From: Nitrospinota bacterium
Lineage (GTDB): Bacteria; UBA8248
Reading direction: 5' to 3'
NCBI GenBank assembly: GCA_046581755.1
Contig: JAYGFR010000253.1
Span: 1 to 10,701, forward strand
Length of the DNA: 10,701 nucleotides
The notes under the pieces were generated by a model, which was not told the origin of the DNA, did not search any database, and worked only from the letters and a program-made list of their open reading frames with translations. This document shows, in pieces, positions 1 through 7,098 of this stretch. Numbering within the stretch: the first letter of the stretch is position 1; every line of letters starts with the position of its first letter. The position numbers were made by a program, and so were the translations under genes.

Positions 1-137
1 TAGCTCATCCCGCATCTCTGCTCGGATACTTCAATCTGTTTGCAGGCCTCAGGAACTGTCTGTCCCTGAGAGAGCAAGACCTCGGCTTCTCTCAGCTTGC
101 CGATAATCTGCTCAGGCGTATGACGCTTCCTCGACAT
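1..137 (-). pseudogene. IS3-family transposase OrfA N-terminal HTH fragment
   Basis: Manual translation from ATG 137 gives MSRKRHTPEQIIGKLREAEVLLSQGQTVPEACKQIEVSEQ, a typical IS3 OrfA start, with GGGGGA upstream. The expected TYYRW continuation is missing after Q40 (nt 20-18). Not in the ORF track because it runs off the window. Confidence 0.8.
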
Positions 138-187
138 GAAAAATCCCCCCGGATCGGGCGGTCATGACGAAAGAGTACCGAAAATCA

Positions 188-225
188 TCTCATTCGACAT
201 GGACCGATGTGAGGGGGGCACGTCA
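188..225 (-). repeat. Left terminal inverted repeat (IRL) of the IS3-family element
   Basis: TGACGTGCCCCCCTCACATCGGTCCATGTCGAATGAGA resembles TGAC.TGCCCC...GGTCCA IS3 ends. The partner IRR is outside the window, so the inner boundary is approximate. Confidence 0.7.
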
Positions 226-351
226 GCTTTAAAGAGGGCTTTGACGATTTCGGAATGGTCCCCCATAGTCGCCACCCATAGGGCGGTAGAGCCATGTTTA
301 TTTTTCGCGTTAATGTTCGCCCCGGCTTTAAAGAGAGCTTTGACGATTTCG
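226..351. repeat. 27-bp direct repeat at 99-bp (33-codon) spacing, within ankyrin repeats 2 and 3
   Basis: gctttaaagagggctttgacgatttcg (226-252) and gctttaaagagagctttgacgatttcg (325-351) match at 26/27 positions; both encode EIVKALFKA. Confidence 0.9.
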
Positions 352-602
352 ATGTGACCGGATCGAGTCGCCGCCATCAGAGCGGTATCGCCATCATTAT
401 CTTTCTCGTTCAGGTCCGCTCCGGTCCAAATGAGCGCACGGACCTTTATCAGGTCTCCAAGCATGGCGGCTCTTGATAAAGGTGGAAAGGACGGAAGAGA
501 CTCATAGTTTGCGCCCCCTCAACCGCCAGCAAGGAAGAGGGCGAAAAACAGTGCAAGAATGACTCCGAGGGATTTTCGGTTGGAGGCGTTCATCTTCCGC
601 AT
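226..602 (-). pseudogene. Secreted/lipoprotein-like ankyrin-repeat protein, disrupted by an in-frame TGA (519-521) and by the IS insertion at 225/226
   Basis: ATG 602 has GGAGG 6 nt upstream and is in frame with track ORF 162..464. It reads MRKMNASNRKSLGVILALFFALFLAGG*GGANYESLPSFPPLSRAAMLGDLIKVRALIWTGADLNEKDNDGDTALMAATRSGHIEIVKALFKAGANINAKNKHGSTALWVATMGDHSEIVKALFKA, then runs into IS sequence. About three 33-aa ankyrin repeats (G-x-T-A-L, GH-x-EIV-x-x-L, GA-x-x-N). Confidence 0.85.
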
Positions 603-608
603 GACGGT

Positions 609-613
609 CCTCC
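609..613 (-). promoter_or_regulatory. Shine-Dalgarno for the ankyrin gene
   Basis: Minus strand reads GGGAGGACCGTC-ATG(602). Confidence 0.7.
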
Positions 614-778
614 CGGAGGGGATGCGCGGGAAGGTCTGTTTCTTAATCAGTTAGAATACTACATGAATGTATCCGGATGGAATATCCCCACTTTTTTTAC
701 GTAACCGCGCACCACCGCGCATTTCCGGTTGCCGGGTTTTCACCCGACGGACGTATGTTTATCGCGATGTTGAATGCA

Positions 779-798
779 GGAGAGAAAGGGGCTTCCCC
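779..798 (-). terminator. Weak candidate intrinsic terminator downstream of fliA
   Basis: Minus strand GGGG-AAG-CCCC followed by TTTCTCTCC. The stem is only 4 bp and the U-tract is interrupted. Confidence 0.2.
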
Positions 799-900
799 GA
801 AGGAGGGCCGGTTGCGCAGGGATGGGCCGGTTTCGGGAGGTTGAGGGAGTTTGAGGGAGAAGTTTTCAGGGGTGGGGCATAGCCGGTTGCAGGAGGCAGG

Positions 901-1647
901 CTAGGGGTATTCGCCCACTATGCGCCGGATGCGCCCGCGGATTCGGGAAATGGCCTTCGAGTGAATCTGGGAGACACGCGATTCGGTCACCTCGAGGACG
1001 GCGCCGATCTCCTTCATGCCCATTTCTTCGTGGTAGTAGAGCGAGAGGACGAGGCGCTCGCGCTCGGGCAGGGCGTCGATGGCCTGGGCGAGGAGGCCCT
1101 TGAGCTCCTCGAAGGCGTGCCGGGCCTCGGGGTTGTCCTCCTCGAGGCCGGAGAGGGTGTCGAAGAGGGTGCGGCCGCCCTCTCTGTCGGTGCCGCGGTC
1201 GATCACGTCATCGAGGCTGAGGAGGGCGAGGCCGGCCGAGCGGGAGAGCATGTTCTGAAACTCGACGATATCGACGCCGAGCGATTCGGCCACTTCCTCG
1301 TCGCTCGCCGGGCGGCCGAGCTCTTGTTCGATGCGGGAGAAGGCGTTTTCGATCTTGTTGTAGCGCTGGCGAACGGAGCGGGGAATCCAGTCCATGGCGC
1401 GCAGCTCGTCGAGCATGGCGCCCCGGATCCGGAATTCGGCGTATGTCTTGAAGCGGACCTCGCGCGAGGAGTCGTACTTTTCGATGGCGTCGATGAGGCC
1501 CAGGACGCCCGAGCTGATGAGGTCGTTGACGTCGATATGCGGGGGGAGGCGCATGGCCAGGCGGTTGGCGATGAATTTGATCAGCGGCGTGTAGCGGATG
1601 ATCAGCTCGTCGCGGCCGGAGGCGTCGAAGTCCTTATCTGGGCTCAT
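901..1647 (-). CDS. fliA: RNA polymerase sigma-28 factor (FliA/WhiG family)
   Basis: 248 aa with DLISSGVLGLIDAIEKYD, FKTYAEFRIRGAMLDELRAMDWIPRSVR and EIGAVLEVTESRVSQIHSKA; last gene of the flagellar operon. Confidence 0.97.
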   Translation of the reverse strand: MSPDKDFDASGRDELIIRYTPLIKFIANRLAMRLPPHIDVNDLISSGVLGLIDAIEKYDSSREVRFKTYAEFRIRGAMLDELRAMDWIPRSVRQRYNKIENAFSRIEQELGRPASDEEVAESLGVDIVEFQNMLSRSAGLALLSLDDVIDRGTDREGGRTLFDTLSGLEEDNPEARHAFEELKGLLAQAIDALPERERLVLSLYYHEEMGMKEIGAVLEVTESRVSQIHSKAISRIRGRIRRIVGEYP

Positions 1648-1658
1648 CGCATGGGCCC

Positions 1659-1871
1659 TTATTCATCGTCTTCCGAAAAGAAGAGCATCAGAATCAGGCT
1701 GAAGATGCCGCCGGCCACCGCAAAGACGGCAGCGGCCTTAACCGAGCGGTAAAGGGAAAGGGTGATCGATACGCCCGAAAGCAGGCCCATGCCCAAAGCG
1801 AGGCTGAACGCGAGCACCCCGAAGGCCACGGATATTTTCATCAGGATCGAGGTGATGAGCTGCGTGTTCAA
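1659..1871 (-). CDS. Small hypothetical membrane protein (two TM helices, acidic C-terminus)
   Basis: 70 aa with a TTG start 7 nt after AAGGA. Two hydrophobic stretches, ending SEDDE. It fills the flhG-fliA gap in the same orientation and stops 11 nt before the fliA ATG. Confidence 0.8.
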   Translation of the reverse strand: MNTQLITSILMKISVAFGVLAFSLALGMGLLSGVSITLSLYRSVKAAAVFAVAGGIFSLILMLFFSEDDE

Positions 1872-1913
1872 GGCTCATTCCTTCCGGGCGTGGCGCTCGA
1901 TGCGCAAGCAATC

Positions 1914-1940
1914 CGGGATCGAGAAGATTTCATCGATCCG
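1914..1940 (-). other. Intercistronic stem-loop directly after the flhG stop codon
   Basis: Arms GGATCGA (1916-1922) and TCGATCC (1933-1939), extendable by GAA/TTC across a 1-nt bulge; no U-tract follows. Confidence 0.5.
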
Positions 1941-2816
1941 CTAGGCCATCTGGGCCGCGAGGCGGCGCCAGAAAAATTGCATGTGCCCGGCCGGAATCTC
2001 GTCCTGGGGAAGATGATGGATTCGGTCGGCCAGCCTCCTGAGGCATCTGGATGCGATGGTCTTGGGAAAGGCCAACGCCAGCGCCTTTTGCTTTCGAATG
2101 GCCTGGACCACGTTCGGATCGCGGGTGATGTGGCCCAGATAGCTCGTGGAGACGTCCAGGTATTTGTCCGATACCGTGCTCAGGCGGCGGTAAACGTTTT
2201 TACCCTCGGATTCGTTTTCCACCATGTTGGCCAGAATCCAGAAGCGGTAGTCCCGGCGCGCCTCGCTGAGGACTTTCATCAGCGCATAGGCGTCCGTCAT
2301 CGATGTGGGCTCGGGGGTGGCGACGAGGATGACATCCTGGACGGCATGGTTGAAATAGAGGACCTGGCGGCTGATCCCGGCGCCGGTGTCCAGGATGAGG
2401 TAGTCGAACGGCTCCTCCAGGGCTTCGAGTTCGCCAAAGAGTGTTGCCTTCGCCTCCTCGCTCATGTCGGCCAATTCGGCCACGCCCGATCCGGCCGGGA
2501 GAACGCGCATCCCGCCGGGGCCGTCGAGGAGGACATCGGAGATTCCCTTCTCGCCTGAAAGAACATGCTCGAGGGTGAACCGGGGCTTTAGGCCCAGCAC
2601 GATATCGACGTTGGCCAGGCCCATATCGGCATCGAGGAGGAGAACCTTCGTCCCCATCTTGGAGAGCCAATAGGCCAGGTTGACGGCAACGCAGGTTTTG
2701 CCCACCCCGCCCTTGCCGCTTGTGACGGACAGCACCCGGACGCGGGCACCTTCCCCGGGCGAATCCGACTTTTCCGAATCTTTGACGGCCAACGAAACGA
2801 CCTCCCGATCGCTCAA
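1941..2816 (-). CDS. flhG: MinD/ParA-family ATPase FlhG (FleN), flagellar number regulator
   Basis: Deviant Walker A SGKGGVGKT, DADMGLANVD, LPAGSG, DTGAG and PEPTSMTDAYA, with a C-terminal amphipathic MQFFWRRL. The TTG start overlaps the flhF stop. Confidence 0.95.
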   Translation of the reverse strand: MSDREVVSLAVKDSEKSDSPGEGARVRVLSVTSGKGGVGKTCVAVNLAYWLSKMGTKVLLLDADMGLANVDIVLGLKPRFTLEHVLSGEKGISDVLLDGPGGMRVLPAGSGVAELADMSEEAKATLFGELEALEEPFDYLILDTGAGISRQVLYFNHAVQDVILVATPEPTSMTDAYALMKVLSEARRDYRFWILANMVENESEGKNVYRRLSTVSDKYLDVSTSYLGHITRDPNVVQAIRKQKALALAFPKTIASRCLRRLADRIHHLPQDEIPAGHMQFFWRRLAAQMA

Positions 2817-3922
2817 CTCGCGACTCCCTCGGCGGGCGCATATTCCGGCGCGACCGGAAGAACCAGCCGCGCGAGCTTCTCCGGGGCCGCCACTTCCAGA
2901 TCGCCGGGGATCTTTTGTCCTGCGGTCAGGTAGCTAAGCGGCACACCCAGATTCATGTGCACCTCAAAGATTACACCAAATCGGCTCGCTTCATCCAGCT
3001 TGGTAAAGATAAGGCCATCCAGGCCGGTCCGCGAGAAGCTCTCGCCCATCCGTTTTAGGTCCTCCGAGTGCGTATTGGCGGCCAAAACAAGATAGTTATC
3101 GCCCGGGCGGCCCTTCCCGAAAATCCTGTCGAGCTCGGCCATTCCGGCCTCATCCCCGATGCTCATGCCCGGCGAATCGACCAGGACCACATCCGCCCGG
3201 CGGAACTTGGCCAGCGCCTGGTCGAGTTGCTTCTTCGAGCCGGCGGTGATGAGGGGCAAGCGGAGCAGATTGGCCAGAAACTTCATGTATTCGGACCCGC
3301 CCGCCCGGTGGGTGTCCAGCGTGATCAGTCCGACGCGAAGCTTTTTCCTCGTGCACTGAGCCGCGATTTTGGCGATCGTCGAGCTTTTTCCGGCCCCCGT
3401 CGGCCCTATAAAGTTACTGATCGCCGGCCCCTCATCCCCCATCTGGCGGATTCGGACAGGCCCCTTCAAATCGAAGAGGAGGGAAAGAATTTTCGCTACC
3501 TGCTTTCGGTGGGAGGCCAGCGATCCGTTCATGGAATCCCCATTTTCCCTCTCAGCACGGGAGAGAATTTCCCTCGCCGTCTCCTCCTCGATGCCGCTCT
3601 CGGAAAGCTCATAGAACAGGTCGGAATACGGCGATTCCGTTTCCGGCATGGGTCCGGGCAATACGCCCTCATCCACGACGGGACCCATTTCATCGGCCCT
3701 CTCATCACAGGCCTCCAGCCCTTCGTCCCCGAAAGGAACGGGGTCGGCCGACTCCATTTCGGGATTCGTCGCCTCGACCTCGACCAGCGAACCTCCGGCC
3801 AAACCGAAATCTCCCCGGCTCACTTTCCGGGTCGATACGATGATGGCGTCCTCGCCGAGCGCAGCTTTTATCTTATCCAGCGTTTCTCTCAAATCTTTTC
3901 CGCGAAACCGTCTTGTTCTCAT
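2813..3922 (-). CDS. flhF: SRP-family GTPase FlhF
   Basis: N-terminal IKAALGEDAIIVSTRKV; GTPase motifs GPTGAGKS, DTHR, DSPG, TKLDE and GQKIPGD. Lies between flhA and flhG, with an ATGA overlap with flhA. Confidence 0.93.
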   Translation of the reverse strand: MRTRRFRGKDLRETLDKIKAALGEDAIIVSTRKVSRGDFGLAGGSLVEVEATNPEMESADPVPFGDEGLEACDERADEMGPVVDEGVLPGPMPETESPYSDLFYELSESGIEEETAREILSRAERENGDSMNGSLASHRKQVAKILSLLFDLKGPVRIRQMGDEGPAISNFIGPTGAGKSSTIAKIAAQCTRKKLRVGLITLDTHRAGGSEYMKFLANLLRLPLITAGSKKQLDQALAKFRRADVVLVDSPGMSIGDEAGMAELDRIFGKGRPGDNYLVLAANTHSEDLKRMGESFSRTGLDGLIFTKLDEASRFGVIFEVHMNLGVPLSYLTAGQKIPGDLEVAAPEKLARLVLPVAPEYAPAEGVAS

Positions 3923-6003
3923 GACACACTCACCGTCCCTAAACTTTGGATGCGAACGCCCGATGCGACTTCGTTATGGCTAAGAATCGCCAGCTGCGGG
4001 ATGAACCTCTCCGTAAACTTTCTCAGGTGTCCCCTGATGGCCGGAGAGGCCAGCAGCACGGGCTGAGTAGTGGAAGACTCAAACCGTTCCATTTGACTTT
4101 GAATTGAGCGCAGGAGGCGGTCCGCCTGCGTTGGGTCCATGGCCAAGTAGCTGCCATGGTCCGTATGCTGAAGCGAGTTCACCAGGACGCTTTCCGATTC
4201 GGCGTCCAGCGTGATGACATTGATGGCCCCCGTATCTCCTCCATATTGGTGGGTCAGATTCCGGGCCAGGCGGCTCCGGACGTATTCAGTCAGCACATCC
4301 GGATCCTGCGAGATGGGGGCATAATCTGCCAGGGTCTCCAAAATCGTTACGAGATCCCGGATGCCCACTCCCTCGCGAACGAGATTCTGCAGAACCTTCT
4401 GAACCTGCCCCAGTGGCAACAAATTGGGGATTAGCTCTTCGACGATCTTGGGATGGGCTTCGTTCACCTTGTCGATCAGGCTTTGCGTCTCGCTCCTGGT
4501 GATGAGCTCGTTGCCGTGTTTTTTGATGAGTTCGGTCAGGTGGGTGGCTATGACGGTGGCCGGGTCCACAACGGTGTATCCCACGAACTGGGCCCGCTCC
4601 TTGTTGGTGGGGGTGATCCACAGGGCAGGAAGATTGAACGCCGGCTCGGTGGTCGGAATACCGGGAATGGGCGACTCCACCGTCCCGGTGTCCATGGCAA
4701 GGAAGTGATCCATCATGATCTCGCCACGCGCGACCTCCACCCCCTTCAGGAGGATGACGTACTCCCCCGGCTTGAGCTGCAGGTTGTCCCGGATATGGAG
4801 GGGCGGAACCACCAGCCCCATCTCGGTCGCAAACTGGCGCCGGATCGAGCGAATTCTCTCGAGGAGCTCGCCGTTCTGGCGGACATCCACCATCGGTATC
4901 AGGCTGTAGCCCACGTCGAGCCCAAGGAGATCGACCTGAAGGAAAGGCTCCATGCTCTCAGAGGCCGTCGATGGCGCCTCGGCCGATTCGGCGGCCGCCT
5001 CCTCTTCCTCGCGGAGAATTTCGGCCTTCTTGGACTGGGAGAGGAAATAGGCCACCCCACCCGAAACACCGGCAAGGAGGAAAAAGGGAAACTTGGGGAG
5101 CCCAGGGAACAGGGCCATCAAGAAGAGAAGGCCTGCCGCCACGCCGATCGCTCGGGTGTGTCTCAAAAGTTGGGAGGCCATCGTGGCCCCGAGGTGGGTC
5201 TGCCCGGCCGACCGCGATACGACGATGCCCGCGGCGGTTGAGATGAGCAGCGAGGGAATCTGGGCCACCAAGCCATCACCCACCGTGAGGAGAGAGTAGG
5301 TGGCGGCCGCCTTGCCGATAGGCAACCCCCGCTGGAACACGCCGATAGCCAGGCCGCCCAGAAGGTTGATGAATGTGATGATCAGCCCTGCGATGGCGTC
5401 CCCTCGGACAAACTTGCTCGCGCCGTCCATGGCTCCGAAGAAATCCGCCTCTTGGCTGATTTGCTCGCGACGCCTGCGCGCTTCGGACTCATTAACGAGG
5501 CCCGCGTTCAGATCCGCGTCGATGGCCATCTGCTTTCCGGGGATGGCATCGAGCGTAAAGCGGGCGGCAACCTCGGCAATCCGGCCAGCGCCCTTGGTGA
5601 TTACGACGAAATTGATGATGACGAGGATGATGAAGATGATGAAGCCAACAATATAATTCCCGCCGACAACGAAGTTTCCGAACGCCTGAATCACCTGGCC
5701 GGCACCGCCGGGCCCCTCATGGCCTTTCAGAAGAATCAGCCGGGTGGAGGCAACGTTCAGCGAAAGACGGAAGAGCGTCGTAATCAGCAAAAGAGTGGGA
5801 AAAACGCTGAATTCCAACGGCTCGATGGTGTAAAGAGAAACCAGGAGAATGACAAGGCCAAAGGTGATGCTGAAGGACAAAAGCGCGTCCAGCAGCGAGG
5901 GCGGAATTGGGAGAATCATAACCAGCAAGATTCCAACGACGCCGATGGCCATCGCCACGTCGCTGTTTTTCGTTAATTTTTCAATGCCAGATAACTCGGT
6001 CAT
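3919..6003 (-). CDS. flhA: Flagellar export gate protein FlhA
   Basis: 694 aa with FPTLLLITTLFRLSLNVASTRLIL, RIAEVAARFTLDAIPGKQMAIDADL, FFGAMDGASKFVRGDA and YTVVDPATVIATHL; AAGGA RBS. Confidence 0.98.
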   Translation of the reverse strand: MTELSGIEKLTKNSDVAMAIGVVGILLVMILPIPPSLLDALLSFSITFGLVILLVSLYTIEPLEFSVFPTLLLITTLFRLSLNVASTRLILLKGHEGPGGAGQVIQAFGNFVVGGNYIVGFIIFIILVIINFVVITKGAGRIAEVAARFTLDAIPGKQMAIDADLNAGLVNESEARRRREQISQEADFFGAMDGASKFVRGDAIAGLIITFINLLGGLAIGVFQRGLPIGKAAATYSLLTVGDGLVAQIPSLLISTAAGIVVSRSAGQTHLGATMASQLLRHTRAIGVAAGLLFLMALFPGLPKFPFFLLAGVSGGVAYFLSQSKKAEILREEEEAAAESAEAPSTASESMEPFLQVDLLGLDVGYSLIPMVDVRQNGELLERIRSIRRQFATEMGLVVPPLHIRDNLQLKPGEYVILLKGVEVARGEIMMDHFLAMDTGTVESPIPGIPTTEPAFNLPALWITPTNKERAQFVGYTVVDPATVIATHLTELIKKHGNELITRSETQSLIDKVNEAHPKIVEELIPNLLPLGQVQKVLQNLVREGVGIRDLVTILETLADYAPISQDPDVLTEYVRSRLARNLTHQYGGDTGAINVITLDAESESVLVNSLQHTDHGSYLAMDPTQADRLLRSIQSQMERFESSTTQPVLLASPAIRGHLRKFTERFIPQLAILSHNEVASGVRIQSLGTVSVS

Positions 6004-6024
6004 GAATCCTTCCTTCTACCTTTC

Positions 6025-7089
6025 CTATGCAGCTGCGCGATTGAGCGTGTATACGTACGCGAGAACTTCTGCCACCGCCTTGTAAAAATCGCCTGGAATC
6101 GCCTCACCCACCTGAACCGCCTGATAGAGGCCGCGCGCCAAAGGCTTGTTTTCGACGATGACAATGTTGTGTTCTTCGGCCACTTCCCTGATTTTCTGGG
6201 CGACAAATCCCCTGCCCTTTGCCACGACCATGGGCGCTTCCATTTTTTCGCGGTCGTACTGGATGGCGATGGCGAAGTGCGTCGGGTTCGTGATGACCAC
6301 ATCCGCCTCGGGGACGGAACTCATCATTCGTTTGCGGGAGATCTCGCGCTGGATCTGGCGCACCCGGCTTTTCACCAGTGGATCGCCCTCTCGCTGCTTG
6401 AATTCCTGCTTCACCTCGTCTTTTGTCATCTTGATGCTTTGTTCGAAGGAATAGCGCTGGAAGGCGTAATCAATAGCGGCAAGGATGATCAACACCGCAG
6501 CGCACCGGATTGCGATTTTCAACGCGATATCCGCGAATTGCACCAAAATTCCGTGGGCCTCCATCTGTGTCAATTGAGGCAGCAGCACCCACGCCTCGCG
6601 TATCGTGAAATAGCCCACGTAGCCCACGAGGGCGATTTTGGCGATGGACTTGAATAGATCCATCCAGCCCTGCTTGCCCAGCAACCTTTTCACACCCTCG
6701 AGGGGGTTGAGCTTGCTGAATTTGGGGACCAACGCCTTGGGAGAGAACAGGAAGCCGAACTGGAGGATTTGGGAGGCCAGCGAGAACACTATGACCAGGA
6801 CCATCAACGGGAGAATGGCATTCCCCAATCCCATGGCGGCTTCGAGTAACGCCTTCAGCGCCGCGTCTGGAGTTTCTACCTGTGTCGATGCAGCCGTGAA
6901 AAAATACCGGGCCGTTTTCAGGAGGGAATTGCCCATGCTCGCCCCGAAATAATGGAAATAGGCAATTCCCGCGGCAAGGACGGCGACCGATGTCACCTCC
7001 CTGCTTTTGGCGACCTGGCCCTTCTCGCGCGAGTCCTCGCGCCGTTTTTGGGTTGCCGGTTCCGTTTTTTCGTCTTGATCTGGAGGCAT
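6025..7089 (-). CDS. flhB: Flagellar export switch protein FlhB
   Basis: 354 aa with N-terminal EKTEPAT..RREDSREKGQVAKSRE, EGDPLVKSRVR and the NPTH autocleavage motif; AGGAG RBS. Confidence 0.98.
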   Translation of the reverse strand: MPPDQDEKTEPATQKRREDSREKGQVAKSREVTSVAVLAAGIAYFHYFGASMGNSLLKTARYFFTAASTQVETPDAALKALLEAAMGLGNAILPLMVLVIVFSLASQILQFGFLFSPKALVPKFSKLNPLEGVKRLLGKQGWMDLFKSIAKIALVGYVGYFTIREAWVLLPQLTQMEAHGILVQFADIALKIAIRCAAVLIILAAIDYAFQRYSFEQSIKMTKDEVKQEFKQREGDPLVKSRVRQIQREISRKRMMSSVPEADVVITNPTHFAIAIQYDREKMEAPMVVAKGRGFVAQKIREVAEEHNIVIVENKPLARGLYQAVQVGEAIPGDFYKAVAEVLAYVYTLNRAAA

Positions 7090-7098
7090 ATCCGGCTC

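Larger units (their letters stand above)
1..225 (-). mobile_element. IS3-family insertion sequence, left end (continues beyond window start); probably internally deleted
   Basis: On the minus strand it begins TGACGTGCCCCCCTCACATCGGTCCA at 225, a 5'-TG IS3-type terminus. An OrfA-like transposase start follows at 137. The ankyrin reading frame loses its repeat pattern exactly at 225/226. Confidence 0.85.

Noticed and set aside
99..106. Perfect sigma-28 -10 element GCCGATAA on the plus strand
   Set aside because: There is no TAAA-like -35 at 15-16 bp spacing, and it lies antisense inside transposase codons; most likely chance.
226..351. Direct repeats as a CRISPR array
   Set aside because: Only two copies, at exactly 33-codon spacing inside an ankyrin reading frame, and no cas genes.
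136..476. Plus-strand ORFs 136..357 and 294..476
   Set aside because: Antisense to the IS end and the ankyrin gene; the repeated ALKRALTIS only mirrors the ankyrin nucleotide repeat.
494..521. Possible SECIS hairpin after the in-frame TGA
   Set aside because: Only a weak G-U-rich stem overlapping the UGA itself is possible, without the G-containing apical loop expected of bacterial SECIS elements. The gene is independently broken by an IS.
667..882. 71-aa plus-strand ORF in the fliA-ankyrin spacer
   Set aside because: No RBS or recognisable motif; its G/R/E-rich composition follows from the G-skewed DNA.
1644..1652. Mini-ORF ATG-CGA-TGA overlapping the fliA start
   Set aside because: The AAGGG RBS is only 3 nt from this ATG but 8 nt from the fliA ATG; nothing indicates it is used.
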